From Lingula anatina (taxonomy: Eukaryota; Animalia; Brachiopoda): DNA of 64,000 bases. The notes beneath the pieces are model-generated. The model had not been told where the DNA came from, did no database searches, and worked only from the letters and a program-made list of their open reading frames with translations. Made by a program: the position numbers and the translations under genes. The stretch covers positions 14,260,001-14,324,000 of the forward strand of contig CM120641.1 in NCBI GenBank assembly GCA_051362555.1, read 5' to 3'. This document shows positions 39,901-51,170 of the stretch, one piece after another (the first letter of the stretch is position 1; each line of letters begins with the position of its first letter).

Positions 39901-40225
39901 TTGAATCCGTATTTGAGTTCTGAGTTTCAATTTTTGAGGCACTTTCATAATGGAGATAGACACTAACAAATTTCACTTTCAGTGCCAATAAAAAGAAATT
40001 GAAAACCCTAAAACTGCTTTCTACATCATACTTTTCTCAATATATTGTATGTCTTTGAAGATTCTTACTGTGATTACATGTCTTTCACTTTTATGTATTT
40101 ACATTTCAGCATCACCAGAAAATGCCAAAAAGAAGAACATCTTGGATGGGGATGTTTGGTTTCACTTTAAAGAAGGTTATTCAAATGCTGTGCGGAGAAC
40201 TGTCCGAGTGCAAGACTTTCTTTGA
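16312..40225 (+). CDS. CHTF18: Chromosome transmission fidelity protein 18 (Ctf18, RFC-like clamp loader AAA+ subunit), 25 coding exons, ~939 aa
   Basis: Exons: 16312-16372, 16719-16844, 17386-17478, 17839-18057, 18569-18693, 18925-19005, 19186-19238, 19390-19552, 19988-20170, 20421-20518, 21089-21212, 21634-21746, 21985-22078, 22476-22574, 23581-23708, 23924-24010, 24222-24333, 24632-24802, 28391-28540, 28989-29119, 30523-30607, 30972-31015, 31367-31475, 39465-39519, 40110-40225. They sum to 2820 nt in a continuous frame. Motifs: [24 protein letters not shown], Walker [18 protein letters not shown], Walker [41 protein letters not shown], and the Ctf18-specific C-terminus [23 protein letters not shown]. 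Confidence 0.96.
18135..18349. mobile_element. 215-bp MITE (PIF/Harbinger-like), copy 1, in CHTF18 intron 4
   Basis: Imperfect TIRs GGCTGTATTCCCAGAG..TAGATCGATCTA and TAGATCGATCTAATCTCTGGAAATGGGGTC. TTA on both sides. A closely similar inverted copy lies at 56284-56499. Confidence 0.85.
20551..20799. mobile_element. ~250-bp older MITE with ~80-bp imperfect TIRs
   Basis: GGGCTCATT..GGTCTGTGTCGAT..ACTCTGTG..ATCAGCTTAAC pairs with GTTAAGCTGAT..CACAGAGT..ATCCACATAGACC..AATGAGGTC. TAA target duplication at 20548-20550 and 20800-20802. Confidence 0.7.
22539..22640 (+). repeat. 50-bp tandem duplication spanning the CHTF18 exon 14 splice donor
   Basis: AATAATGACATCAGATCYTGTCTGAACACGCTGCAGGTATRTGGCTGTCA occurs twice with 2 mismatches. 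Confidence 0.9.
24782..24933 (+). repeat. 4 x 38-bp tandem repeat starting inside CHTF18 exon 18 and spanning its donor
   Basis: GTCA anchor at 24792, 24830, 24868 and 24906. Unit approximately CACACAGTCARTATGAGGTAAGGTTTRGGRATATCCCY. Confidence 0.85.
25030..28152 (+). mobile_element. Helentron-type non-autonomous element, family A copy 2 (in CHTF18 intron 18, interrupted by a nested DNA transposon)
   Basis: Same 5' palindrome, (GTCGCC)n tract, internal modules and 3' end (GTCTGTACATTTGACAGCTTTGCTGCCTTGTT) as 7517-9386. Confidence 0.85.
25756..26845 (+). mobile_element. ~1.09-kb non-autonomous cut-and-paste DNA transposon (Zator- or PIF/Harbinger-type), copy 1, nested in HINE-A
   Basis: 34-bp TIRs GGCCACACTTTTTTA(A/T)TTTTATGGATGACATCCT. 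TTA target duplication at 25753-25755 and 26846-26848. The host element sequence resumes on both sides. Internal ORF-like segment at 26029-26334. Confidence 0.88.
29410..29747. mobile_element. ~340-bp MITE, Kolobok-like
   Basis: Perfect 17-bp TIR AGGGATAATAACTCTTC / GAAGAGTTATTATCCCT. Right flank TTAA, left flank TAAA (one mismatch from TTAA). Confidence 0.6.
30203..30272 (+). repeat. Perfect 34-bp tandem duplication
   Basis: AGACTGCTAACTGAACTTTAAAATTATTGTACTT x2. Confidence 0.85.
32300..33100 (-). mobile_element. Possible decayed L1/Tx1-like reverse transcriptase fragment
   Basis: Adjacent minus ORFs give [17 protein letters not shown] followed by ISFTDET (FADDT-like), then SLAWTK (KSL..SK-like), in RT order. 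Confidence 0.4.
34500..37298 (+). mobile_element. Possible decayed L1/Tx1-like LINE 3' portion, interrupted by the DNA transposon at 35976-36993
   Basis: [12 protein letters not shown] relic at ~35236-35325 (cf. FIW.GK..KV.R..GGL). Ends in AATAAA (37265) plus an A-rich tail. Confidence 0.4.
35976..36993 (+). mobile_element. ~1.02-kb non-autonomous DNA transposon, copy 2
   Basis: Perfect 34-bp TIRs as in copy 1. TAA target duplication at 35973-35975 and 36994-36996. Collinear with 25756-26845 apart from a ~70-bp deletion near the left end. Confidence 0.88.
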
Positions 40226-41449
40226 ATACATGGGGTACAAATCCCGCCTGAACCACACTCGGAGGCCGAATTCTAAACTACAACGTATTTATGATGGCTA
40301 AATGTAAACCTGATCAATTTCTAGGCAGTTATGCCGTTCTGCTACTTTGATTGATATGGAGACTTATTATATGATTGATATGGCAAACTTGTTATTATTT
40401 TTACTCAACCTTTCCTACTTTTTATATCTGGAAAAATGGAATATTTTGTAACAAAATTTAGCCATGCATACAATTGGAGACCAACCATTATGTGTTCATA
40501 TTTTTTTCTAGATTAAATGAATACAATATAAAATAATATTGCAACAGTGTCCATAAGCGCATACCTGTTAAAATGGAAATGTTTGTAAAGTCATTTTCAC
40601 TTTCTGATGGAAGTATGATTATCGAAGAGTTAATGTCAACACAAATAGACAGTAAAACTAAATGGAACATTGCCAGTATTTGTTTTATTTTTACCCCAGT
40701 TAGTCTAGAGATTGAAGAAGAGTTTTTTAAGTCTTGATATTACTTTTTTATCCCCATTTATTATTTTTTATCCCCACCCCTAGGTCTGGTGAATAAGCAG
40801 TTTAAACGATTAAAAGTGACTAAAACTTGTCAATGCTCTTTAGTTCTTAATTTAGATGGGATAATCGCTTGCATTACTATAGTCAAAATTTTTTCTTGCT
40901 AATTCTATTTTATCCTTATTTTTTGGAAAGAGATGTACTTAATAGAAGTAATGGTATGCACTCCACAGTGACAGCAACTTGAAGAAGAAATATAATTTCA
41001 TGCCAGCATGTAGTATTAATATCTCAGCCTTCTAAGGAAGAGTCCCCCAGTAGAATTAAATTGTAGCGTATCAAATCGAACTTTAGGATGAATCAATTTT
41101 ACTTAGGCTTATTAAGCAAATTACGGTCGGTTCCACTTGTATTATGATAATCATTTTAACAACATCATTTAGTATGTTCCTGAGAACTCTATTGGGCTTC
41201 CGACAGTCCAGTATATCCGAGAGATTGAAAATGATTTTACAGATAGCAAGCCTGAATACAATTGATACAAAAGGTGCTTGGTTATTTCAAAGATTCTCAA
41301 AATACCTGTAACTTTGACAGATCTAAAACGCCAGTTTTAGTTAACTAACCAATGGTAGGTCAAGAACTACACAGAAGTTGACAGGGAGTTATTGGGGGGG
41401 GGGGGCTCGATTTTTAGAGACCTTGGGAATCCCTGCTCTGCAGCCGGAA

Positions 41450-41451
<2 letters not shown>

Positions 41452-41513
<62 letters not shown>
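41452..41513. repeat. (TA)n microsatellite
   Basis: About 31 uninterrupted TA units. Confidence 0.95.
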
Positions 41514-41516
<3 letters not shown>

Positions 41517-43567
41517 CTCAGTCCTAAGGTTAAGCTAAGAAGCCAATAAGATTACCTTGGAATGAGATTATGTATGTTCTCTGAAGCTTGGCATGGGGAT
41601 CATTGTCAAGAAGTCATTTGTCTTATTATCTTAATTATTTCTACTTTATTCTATTTAATTAGATAACTGAGATTGAAGGCAGTTGTAAATAATTTAATCA
41701 AACTGAACCAGAAATATATCTTCCGCTCTAGCCAGATGATTAATTACATAATAAATTGGTGATATTCAGTTTTGTGATATGTTGAACTATGTATTAAAGT
41801 ACGGCATATGAGAAGAGCAAAGACGATGGTGCATCTCGATGTCGACACTGTATATATTAGGTAACGGTCAAGTGGCGACGTGTTCCCTTTGTACTCGTAT
41901 GGTTTGAACTATATTTTGTTAAATATCTCGAAATTTATTTTCTATTGTTTTCTCATGGGAAAAGTGATGAAAACTGCATGTTCGAAAGACCTTAGATCCC
42001 TTTCCATGTCCATCTAAAATGCCGTCGCAGGCCGCAAAAGAGATACCGTTGAACGTACTCAAGTAATTTATGTTCAAATCGTCTAATCGACTACAAAATC
42101 TTATAATGTCATGTATTATAAAGATACAGAAGTCTAAATAATGATAAATAATGCTGGCTGCGATGAAGCCGCAATTCTTTTATAGTTTTATTGCTATCAA
42201 CAGGACCGAGGAATATTCACTTAGTTTTGTTTTGAATTATTTTTCTTGTAGAGATTGATATCTTCGTCCCAAAATGCTGAGCTCTCTATAAATTTGAGGA
42301 AAAATGTGCACGGATTTCCTATTTACTGCACAATTTTTTTCCAACCAGAAGATCCATAATTATTTACATTTAATAATACTCCTATGAATTAGTCATGTTT
42401 AGTCAAAGAATATCGGACATAAAATTAACAAATGATAGCGATGAGTAGTACCACAATATCGCAAATTTCTCGGTGATTCAAGGCTTGAAAATCGTTGACG
42501 ATCTTTGATTGGTTTATGACCGTGATTGGATGCGATCAGTCCGAATTCTGGCCAAGCAGTTGTGATGAAAATGTTATAAATTTCTATTTCACTGCCATTC
42601 CATTGTAATTTCCCATATTTCCTGTTCAATTGTGTTTGGGTTGGCGTATACAGGGTCATGCTAATGATTGAGAAATTGAAAATATCGCTCGGTAAATTGA
42701 CACAATTACGTGGGTCAAATGCATAAAAATACAATTTAGCAAGCCTCTGAGTCTATTAATGTCTAATCCAAAAGATATATTCCACTCGATTCGATTAGGA
42801 GTGCCTGTGTAAGTTAAATTTAAGAAGTCAAAATGTACATAACTTGGTGGAATTGAATAAAAATTGATTTTTGATGTCTTGGGTCTGCCGTGGTTAGATT
42901 TAGGATGAAGGGCAAATAAGATTTACAACGATTTTCAAATTACTTATACCCCATGTACAATGAAAAATTGCAATATTGGACATCCCTCCCCCTGATCAAC
43001 AGCTTAGATAAATTTTCAATCGGATCAGACGAAGACCTAAAGAGATTACTTTCCCGTAATGTACCGGTGCGTGAAAAAAGTGTGAGTAGGACGGAATAAT
43101 ATTATATCGTAATATCAATCATAGCAAATTCGATCAAGGGTCCACGTAATCTCGTCAACGGACCCCTAATGGAGTAAGGAGAATTTGCACAAGTCAAAAT
43201 GAACATTATCGGTTCATTGTATCAATAATTGTCCTTGGATCACGACACAATGGCATAATGGGAAAGATTATGGTAAAGCTGCAGAAGGCTGGCACTGACT
43301 GGCACCGATGGAAGTTTCAGATGCATAAAAATAAGCGGTCGGTTTTATATATAGAAGGGAAGAGTAAGCTTATATTCTAGGTTTAATCCGAGATATACCT
43401 ACATCTGCATTTGAGGAGAATACATGGCCGACATGTTATTTGACCAGCTCGGTTAGTTTTCTAATTTGGGTTCTTTATCTTTCATTGTTTTGAAATAGTT
43501 TGTTGGAACGGTTCTTAATTTACTTGGCATGTGAATTATGTGATATCCAAAATATTAGTATTACTAT

Positions 43568-43604
<37 letters not shown>

Positions 43605-44324
43605 GAGACAGGTGATTGAACCTTTGAATTTCAAGAAAGGTTTCAGAAGTCATATGCACTCTGCTGTCATCACGGAATCAATCATGTACTGAACTTTATT
43701 TAATTTCTTTCCTTTTTGGAAGTACAAACTAGAACACTAATGGCAACAGTTCGTGAAATAGATATATGGGTTATTATTTGTTATTAAATAGAACACGTTA
43801 AGATTATAAATATGAAGATCTGCATGCCTCCTTGAGTTTTGAAACTCGTACGTTCCATTTACCCTGCTTATAATTCAATTATCATATCTCGCACATCGCT
43901 CCTTGTAATTGCCTTATCTCGATTATTATCGGCCTTAACGGATAATTATTAAGAATAATTCATTCATCATTGAATAATAATTTGATTACCTCCTATTTGA
44001 TATTGTACAGTCATTTCTTTCTTTTTTGCAATTCATGAAATTTCGTGGACCTTAGGGGATTTTTGTTCTGTGCATTACGGACAAAATGAAAATTACTTCT
44101 AAAAGCTCTTATTCCTCACTTTATAAACCTAGAAAATCCGATGACAAATTTCTTGAAACACGCGAAAATATAAAACCTGGCCAAACCTTCTTCATCATTA
44201 TAGTTGCACAATAGTAATTTTATACAATCAGTAAAATAAGAACATATCGGGGAAATATTAGAATACACTTTTTACGAAATAGATGAAAGCACTTATGCCA
44301 CTCTCTGGCTGCCAGATACAGTTC

Positions 44325-44330
44325 TTTATT
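44325..44330 (-). promoter_or_regulatory. Candidate polyadenylation signal of DRGX
   Basis: TTTATT on + (AATAAA on -), ~430 nt downstream of the DRGX stop. Confidence 0.4.
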
Positions 44331-44755
44331 GAACGAATACTGAATGGTATATATGTACAACCAAAATGATTAAAGTACGAGCATTTGCCAGAAAACATTG
44401 GAAGCATTGCATTCACGTAAGGGTAGATAAATGCCTTGTAATACGGGTCTTACAGAAGATTGTCCTTCAAGTTACAGATGTATAAAAACTTGTAAATACA
44501 AGCGATGATTTTAAAGAAAATAATTTTGATGTAAACCTTCAAACATTTGGTTGTTCGAGAACGATGTTTGTCTCCAGATGAATAATACTGGGGATGTCAC
44601 AGAGAAAGTAATTTGATAAAAGCAGCCAAACGCTACACTTTTTTATCTAATTTTCACCAATTAGGAGTGCCGATAGCTTGCCCAAAAAATTGAGTGCCCA
44701 TTGCTTGCCCAATAAGGTTCACATGAAGTATCAACTTTCTACACCTTTTGGCTGC

Positions 44756-47700
44756 TTATTTGAGCCGCAGGAAAAGCTCTGCCCTATCGGCTCCTCCAAC
44801 TGCAGTCTCTCCAGCGGTTCCGCCACTGCTTCCTCCTGCTCCACCGCCACCACCGTTCACTGCCTCCAAGGCCAGAGCGTGGGAATGCTCGCGAGCCTTG
44901 CGCCGTAGTTCTGCCACGCTGGAGCTCCTGTGTTCGTGGTTGACCAGGATGTTACTACAAGAAGAAGCACGGGGTGGACAGCAGGTGCAGAAACCATGTA
45001 CGCCTACAGCAGAAGGCAAGGCAAGATATCAACGTTCAAATTTGCACGTACCGTTGCTCTAGTATACTATTTTAAACGATGCCACAGTGGCGGGCCAAGG
45101 AGGGATTGAGCTCGAGACTTCCCCAAATTAAATAGAGATGTAAGGAAATGTTCTGAAAAGTTATTTTCATCCTTCCCTTATATTACGGTTTCGTTACTGG
45201 AGCATCTATGTGTCTAAAGATTTGCGTTTATGTCAACGCCTTTGACAAGTATTCCTGACGAGATTTTATTTGATGAAAAAGCATCAGATATTATGTGAAT
45301 AACTTTGTATCTATAAAATCATAATTGCGTGAATGTTCGTGAATGGACTCAAATTACGAATATTGAAAATACCTTCTTAAATATGCTTTGCTGAAATGGC
45401 GTGTGGTGTTTCGGAAGCATGTATTTTGGGTTCTCTGCAATCATTTCAGACGAAAAGTTTTTGCTATGCGTTTTATTGTCATTAAATATTAATACTTCTA
45501 CTATCTGTCGACTCTTACCTTTCACTCCCTGGTGTGCTGGGGGCGCAGCCTGTGCTGCAGGCGTTACAGGGGGAGGAAGCTGGAATAGCGGCCTGCCCAC
45601 AAGGGTGGGGTTGAAGCAAGACTGGAACGGGTTCCTTAAAAAACAGACGATTTCTTCATCAATAATGTAAATATAATCAATCAATGCAAGTTCTACATTA
45701 TACCACTTTTTTTAGGACCCGGATCCTATTAAGCTTGAGCATTACTACACGACACTATTTTACACCTATTTTGGATTCTGTCAGAAAACATCCGGGGCGG
45801 TTTTCAACTTACACGTGGAAAGGAGGAGGGAAGTGGTAGGGGCGGGGTCTGCTGGCTGCTGCAAGCTGCTCCAGGCGCGCCGCCAGTGTTGCTCCGTTAT
45901 GTAAACCAGGGGGTGATAATTGCAACAAAGGGTTCATCATGTATGGCTGTGGCGGCATTTCTCTCTTTAATCCATCTGGCAATGGCATCATATTGTGTTC
46001 AAGATGCTTAGAATGATTGTTCTTTCCCTTGTTGAATATTTCAGGCTTGCATTCGTTATCTGTCTGGCTGAGTTCGCTATTGTTGTCGCTCTCAGATTCG
46101 ATAAGACGCTGTTCTTTCGATTCAGCGTTGCCCGGATCCTTGGGCGATATTTTCTGGTAGTCACCGGCGTCTGGCGAAAGAGCCTCTTCAATCACGTCTT
46201 CTTCTTCGGCCACAGACAAAGGTTTGGTCGTTGAATCTGTTTGTTTATGAGGAATATCGTTCTCAGTAGATGAAGTGTTCTGTGGTCTCGCTTGTCCTTG
46301 ATGAGAATCGCCCTCACCGGACCCTTGTGTCGGCGCGGCACTGTTTTGTTGCTGATATCGCTCCGTCTTCCGCCATTTTGCTCTTCGATTTTGAAACCAC
46401 ACCTGTAAAAAGATGCCTAAAAATTCAAACGGTGGGATGAGCAATTTCGAAATTTTATTGTATTTTTTCTGCATGGCAAGGTTCGACGACACAATGAATA
46501 CAAGGATTCAGAAAAACCTTCCACCGTCCTGTAGGTACTATCTCTAACAACTTCTATTTTAATAGAAATTAAAATTAACATCCACACTGTTGTAAAATGA
46601 AAAATGTATATTTCCGTGCAAATGTCGAATTGACTTTCATTTTCAGTTTTAAAAGCGGACATATGTAACACAACGTCATTTCTTCTAAATTTCAACATAG
46701 AGCAAAGTTTGCATTAAAAGTGATCCGACAAAAAATTCCATTAAACACCCGCTTTGTCAATATTAATCACAGTTCTGACGGCGACGAAAAACACGCGATC
46801 ACGGTCACCAAGGTCTACCACCTACGGCACCCTGCCGTAACTCCCTCCAACGCACGGTGTCGTAAAAAGCTTTTCGGGCGCAATCAGTTGGTGTAATGTA
46901 GATAAAGTCAACACTGTTCAACTAAGTGCGGACAGAGAGCAAGGAAGACTCTGCTATTGTTTTTCAGCTAAGAACAATCGTAAGATTTAAAATGACAACG
47001 CAACCGTATAATTTAACAACGATCAGCGGAATAATCCGTTTATGCGCATCAACGTGTTACACAACGGTGATTAATTTGTTCGGGAAGTGAAGCGACCCGT
47101 CTGTGAGCAAATGACAAGGTGGTTCCTTCAAATATTGAACTTATTACTTTTCAATTTGTCCTGTAGAGGCATGAAATTGCTACCGGTTACATAGGGAAAA
47201 TGAACTGTTTGAACTAGTTGGGGTGGCACTTATAATTACATTCGACTATGCAACAAACACCATTTTAACTTTTTTATGCAAAAGTTATATTTTTTACAAA
47301 AGAATAAACCGCCCTTTGAAATTTACGCGAAAAACTCTAAGGCTATGCAAAATATTTAGACAATATTATAGAGAGTATACCTGAACTGAAAGGTAAACTG
47401 ACTGAGGATATTTTTTGTGCTTCAGTAAGAAATTATGTTTATTTCTATATCTCGTTTCAAGTATCTTTAGATAAAAAATGACCCCAAAGTACAAAGAAGA
47501 GGTACCTGTACTCGAGCTTCAGTTAGGTTTATTCTCATGGCCAAATCCTCCCGCGTGAAAACATCAGGATAGTGAGTCTGCGCAAACGCCTTTTCTAGTT
47601 CTTCTAGCTGAAAATGATAAATACAATTTCAAGTTGGTCCATCTTTTTCATTTTTGTTTTGTAAAAAAAAAACACATTTGTCGCTTTAAGTCATTTATCT

Positions 47701-48435
47701 GATCCAAGTTTCTGGTTTTCTAGCAGATGTGATAGCGTTTGAAATTCTATCAAACAGTGATATCAATGAGACCCATCTCTCTCTCTCTCTCTCTCTCTCT
47801 CGCCTACCTGTTGGAGAGTAAACGTAGTTCTATTTCGTCGCTGCTTCCGTCTGGCAAAAGTGTCGTCATGTAGATCTGGGTGAATCCCGAATGTGCCGTC
47901 TGAAAATTGGCGAAATTTGAACATTTGTAACTTGTTTTGTTATATTCTGGATGCTCAAAAAAAAGCTGTGTTCGAAAATGTATTTTCTGTGTACTCTTTC
48001 ACGTAACGTTTTGTTCATATTTTTTCTTCTCTCTTTGGGAAATTTCTGTATTGGCAGTTTTCGTTTTTGCTGTGCCAGTAAGAGACGATCTTTACTCCAT
48101 TACTCTCTTTTGGTTTAGTTCTTCCCACGTATTCTGCTGGTTTAGAGATTTTTTTAGAAAAAAGACCCATTGAATCATTTGTTTGGCTCTCCAATAAGCA
48201 TACGAATTACTATTATCTTACCTCTTTTGAAGCCTAACATCATATCTAACCTTGTACTTATGTATAAAAATTCAAAACTGATGACATCTTGTAGAAAAGA
48301 AGTTTATCATCCTACCAAGCGAGTATTAAGATACTTACATGGATTTGGAGGGCAATGCGTATAGTCCAGTCCCAGGGGACGCGCCGCAGGGTGTATAGGC
48401 GGTAGACTGCTCGGGGGGTAATGAAAGCAGTACAT
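44756..48435 (-). CDS. DRGX: Dorsal root ganglia homeobox (DRGX/Prrxl1/DRG11), paired-type Q50 homeodomain + OAR, 6 coding exons, ~414 aa
   Basis: Exons (minus): 48435-48339, 47899-47808, 47607-47506, 46402-45813, 45634-45519, 45003-44756, summing to 1245 nt. N-terminus MYCFHYPP (vertebrate MFYFHCPP). Homeodomain region [68 protein letters not shown] matches the DRGX signature. OAR motif [15 protein letters not shown]. Confidence 0.93.
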
Positions 48436-50907
48436 TCTGCTGGGCAACTGAAAGTGAAAAGTGTAAAAATAATAACAATAATAACAAAGAATTGAAATAA
48501 TTTTCATAATTGCAATAATACTAATATTTGTTGGACGCATTGATTGGAAACATGATTCTGCTGAATTTTTATCTGTGCAATCTTGTGCTGAAATGGTCTA
48601 ACCGGACTGAGACAAAACAGATGGCAAAAACGAACCTTTCTGTTTGATTTTTATCTGCTGAACGGAAAAATCGCGTACAGAGACAAAGCCTGCTTAATCG
48701 ATTTTCTCCATCGAAGTAAAGACAGACAGACGGACAGACAGCCAGACAGACAATCTCATCACAAAACACTAAGTCTAAGTAATCATGCTATCTGCACAAA
48801 AGTGCTTCTAATGGGACTGGATTCCCTTGTGGACTTGGAAACATAATTTTTATCGCGCCATAATAAAGATAGTAGTGTTTTAAAATGTAATTTTCCGTAG
48901 ATTAAGAGCATAAATGAAAAACGCATAAGACTGTATTATTGCGCCTGGGGCGTATTTTTTTCGGTTTGAATTCGCTAAGGGTTTAATTTGTCAAAGAGGA
49001 ACATGGAGTAATTGCATTATACAGCGCTGAATAGATTAGAGAAACTAATGATGTCGTGTAAATTGAATCAAGAACTAATCGAATTCTGATGTGAATGTAT
49101 CGAAAATGGAACATGAAGTTTTTTCTCACTGTGTCCACCGTGATACTGTGACAAAGGCTTTTGCAGCCAAACAATTTCTCTCGGGAGATTTGAACTTAAG
49201 TGGAAAACGAGGCAAGCCATCCGCTGGTGGAGACAATTTACAGTTCAGTTAAAGTTCTTTTTTGCCGCGGCACCACATCCGAATACTGTCCTGTGGTAAC
49301 CATATTTAAACATCATACATAGTCATTCACAATACATATTATCATCTGTAATTTAGCGCCATTACAGGTAAGAATATATATAGAGAGAGAGAGTTGGTCA
49401 AAACACTGTGTACATGCGTTTTATGTTCGTGTGCGCAAGTGTGTGCGTTTGCGCATAACTTCTCGTTCGTTTCCATTGTGTTAAGCCTGTCTGTGCACTT
49501 GTAAGATACTACTGTGCTAATTATCAAATCTTTAGAACGTATGGCTAATTGATTTGCGTTTGGGCCTATACGCTGTGCAAGCTTTTTGCTCTTTCCGTCC
49601 ATCTAGATTTATTGTAAGCATTATTATTATTATTCTTATTAGTAGTAGAAGTATAATTTTTGTGATTGTTGTCGTTGATGTAATATCAAACTCTTCTTTC
49701 TGTTTCTCTACTATACGAAAGAAAATAAATGTAACAAGACCACAAGCTTTTCCCTAGGGTAAACCAGTTCAGACGGGTCACTTCTTAGGTTTGTTTCAAC
49801 ATATTAATTCCGAAAACTTCCTCACTGTTTCGCGATATTTTCATGAGTAATGTTAGAAACTAGTGTGTTTCTCTAATAAAATCGCAAGACTTCATTTGCA
49901 GAGGTTACAGGTTCCTGAATTGATCACACTTCCTAACATTTGCCAGTCTGACATCGTTACCTATTTATGAATCACAAGGATGTGCATTTAATGTGCATTA
50001 AAAGCATTTGTAACTCAATTAGGGCGCAAATTAAATTAGTATTGGCTTAATCTTTCTAAAAGAATACGCGCATCGAGCAACGATAAGGGATTAGGTTTAA
50101 TGAATATAAAGTCGGTTTGCGATGTACGTGATGTACGTAGCACGGCTAATAATGCGGTTGGTAATAGTGTTGTTTGCCACGTAACTGGTATTCTCTATCA
50201 TACGGGATGAGGCAAGCTACTTAACATGACGTATGCAGCAACATGGGCTAAAGTTTGTTGAATTTTTATTTATTGATCGACTCAATTTTCAACTCAAATA
50301 GAAAGACCGTTAAGTTTTTTTTTTTCGTTTTTGCTCTTAAGAAAAAGGGAAAACGGGAAGTAATCAAGTCAGTTTCTACCTGTGTGGTGTTTAGCACGAC
50401 AGTCGTAGACAGGTCTAATTTCAGGTTTCCAATTCATGTATGCATAGACTCTATACATCTATGTGTATATGCTATCGGTGCGACTTATATCTGTTACTGA
50501 ATGCAAATATAAGGTTAAAGGCACCAGTGTCAGACCCCAAACTTACGTTCTTAGAAGTTCATGAACAGTGACAGTAAGAATGTTTACGTAATTATTTCGT
50601 AGTATTGTCATTTTGTTTAAACTTGTTCGGAAACGATTCTAATGTTTTTGGAGGCACAGAAGAGAAAAAGCATTTGGCACGGATTTTAGCAAGCATAAGG
50701 TTGAGGAAAAACCTGGAAACTAGCTACATCGCAATCAGAATATGAACTGCTTTCAATGGGTCTTAAAAGATACTCTTAAATGCACTGAACACCTTATTTC
50801 CCTTTTACGATTGACAACTAGTTATTCTAGCTGAATGGTTTTTAGCATTTCCACGTATTGGAATCAATTGTTCTTATAACAATGTGTCAAAGTGAAATTA
50901 ATGATAA

Positions 50908-51170
50908 CAGTGGCGGATTAAGAGGGGGGTTCAGGGGGTCCTGCCCCCCCCCCCCCCCCCCCCTTCGGTTTCTGAAAAATATATCACACCAATATTCCCC
51001 TCTTGAAACTAGAATTTTTGTTTGCTCTCCAAAATACCAAAAATTTTTTGGGGCCTGCTACTTGAGCAGACCCCGAACCCCACACCAAAGGGGCGATGGT
51101 TGGCTTCGCATTCGAACCCTGGCGTTCCGGACCCCCCCCCCCCCCCCCCCCTTCAAATAATCCTGGGGCA
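50908..51170. mobile_element. Short GC-rich MITE-like interspersed repeat (CAGTGGCGGAT..poly-C type)
   Basis: Starts CAGTGGCGGATTAAGAGGGGGG and carries two poly-C tracts and ACCCCGAACCCC, a layout typical of small invertebrate DNA-transposon derivatives. The right terminus is degenerate. Confidence 0.45.
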
